From assembly GCF_006345805.1 (NCBI RefSeq), contig NC_042998.1, positions 118,420,001 through 118,484,000 of the forward strand: 64,000 bases of DNA, written 5' to 3'. This document shows, in pieces, positions 62,201-64,000 of the stretch; position 1 is the stretch's first letter; each line of letters begins with the position of its first letter. Both the position numbers and the translations under genes were made by a program. The stretch is from Octopus sinensis (lineage: Eukaryota). The notes below the pieces were generated by a model. The model was not told the origin of the DNA. It worked only from the letters and a program-made list of their open reading frames with translations, and did not search any database.

Positions 62201-64000
62201 CGCGGTCACAGTGTTTTCCTTCACATATACGCACATACACCTGCACGCAGATACATACGAATTAAACATTCGCATACGTACGGAAATATACATAAGAACA
62301 AAGTGAGAAACACATTGACATACACGTTTGCAAATACTGAACTGAAGCCGTGACAATAATCAAGAGATATTAAATATATATTGCCATTTTGGGATTTAAA
62401 ACTCACCCATATCATCTATTAAATGCTGCAATTTGATTTAAAACACATCTTAGTGATATTCATTGGTTGAAATGCCCACGGTATAGAATCACGAGTTTGG
62501 GTACAGAATAAGACTGACATGCAAACTATTTTGCTATTGAATTTCGACCACTGATGCATAATATTCGTTGTAAACGGCCCAGTTCTAATATACCATAGTA
62601 AAGAAATTAAATATGATATAGGAAATTAAGATAATATATCTAATACCAGAAAGACACCTCAAAAACTTTTAACTTCGTGGTATTTTCTTGCTATGCTATT
62701 AACGTACGTTAAGTGCAATTGGAAATGCAGGAACGATAAGTTACATCTCACCAAAACTAAAGATTCTTTACTTGGTTACAAACTACTGTCTTTATGCAAT
62801 TTAGAAAATATGTGTTTGTATACCGGTATGCTGGTTGTCTATAGCACATATTACTGTTTGAAATTCATGCTATGCAGAGCCCGCCCGTAAATCTATCTTT
62901 AGACAAGCTATTACAAAATAAAGACCCATAACGGAATCTGTCAGAACACACAATTCCCTTCGACTTGCACATAAAAGACGAACATTAACCTCAGCTATTA
63001 CTATTTTTCAAGATAACTACAATTGTTATTGCTGCAGTAATTATAACATCTAGTTTTCCAAAGGATCGATTTATTGTATAATCTTTCCCAGTTGTACTAC
63101 ACTGATATCGATATCCGATGAATCATTTAAGTACGTCAGTAAAATAGTATTTCATTGACTGAATAGTTGACCTCTGAAAAATCTTACGCTGGAATTTTTT
63201 TTTTATTTCAATTTCGTTTTCAAATATCATAATTGCACTTTGACATTTATCTTTTTAAAACATGAACAGCCGGCTTTTATAGGATATTTTAGAAGTATGT
63301 ACAATCGAAGCAAATATTCTTCCGGTATATCTTTATAATATAATTCTCATAATAGAAACCGAATTCTCATAGCTTGATTCATGGAGCAGTATTCTAATAA
63401 GGGTGATGATTAATTGATATTTTGATTCGAAAATTGCATTGTATAAACATCGGTAAAAGGTGTCATCTTTTATAAATGTCGAACAATGTTACAATTATTC
63501 TTCTGGTACTCAATATAACACATGGTGTCGTTAGTACCACCAATTGACATCCTATAGGAATGTATTAATTAGATATGGCACCTCTTATTTATAAAGGTGA
63601 TAATCAGCGATATATCGATGTCTGTACAATTCATACAATCTTTATTTCAATGTATGAAATGTTTCCATAATATGAATAGAAACTCTCTACTGAATGACTT
63701 GCCAATTATTGATATTAATTCGGCAAAAAATATCCAAAGTTATATAAATAACCGTATAATGCTACTTACTGGTTTTCTGTAGCAACAATCAGCCTGGATA
63801 AAGTAGAACTATGGTATATGACGCCTCAACCTTTATCATTCCATCTGTTATTTCCAAGCCTAGAACATAGAAGACTACATTATTCTAAGTATCCTATTTT
63901 TTCAACGATAATCCAGCTTGCTTAAGAGAGATCTCGTTATTTCTAACAGACCGAGTGACCACGAAAGAATCTCACCACGCTACTCTTGTCTTCCTGAAGG

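Noticed and set aside
63250-64000. Protein-like frames near the window end
   Set aside because: Short, interrupted by stops and with no recognisable motif; cannot be supported without a search.

Overview
AT-rich, repeat-dense eukaryotic DNA. The C2H2 zinc-finger gene style, the tRNA-derived SINE families and the microsatellite load suggest an octopus or other coleoid cephalopod (inference). The only recognisable host gene is a single-exon C2H2 zinc-finger ORF (17202-17957, -). The rest is retroelements and DNA transposons. These are a full-length R4/Dong-like RLE LINE plus truncated relatives, all inside (TAA)n; a full-length L1/Tx1-like LINE plus a 5'-truncated copy, both inside (GATA)n; CR1-like, Tc1/mariner, Helitron and Penelope fragments; and many SINEs. 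The main discovery is a set of type I hammerhead ribozymes (HHRs). A ~400-bp tandem array (55832-57653) carries four complete HHR cores spaced one per unit, the layout of a retrozyme. It is followed by a different solitary HHR inside a ~320-nt fold-back (57782-58099). A third HHR lies at 46383-46465, and minimal Penelope-type HHR motifs occur elsewhere. A second, weaker lead is a heavily decayed reading frame at ~3.0-4.8 kb with motif-like strings in the order of a bunyavirus-like L polymerase (possible endogenous viral element). All calls come from manual reading and translation; no searches or folding programs were run.
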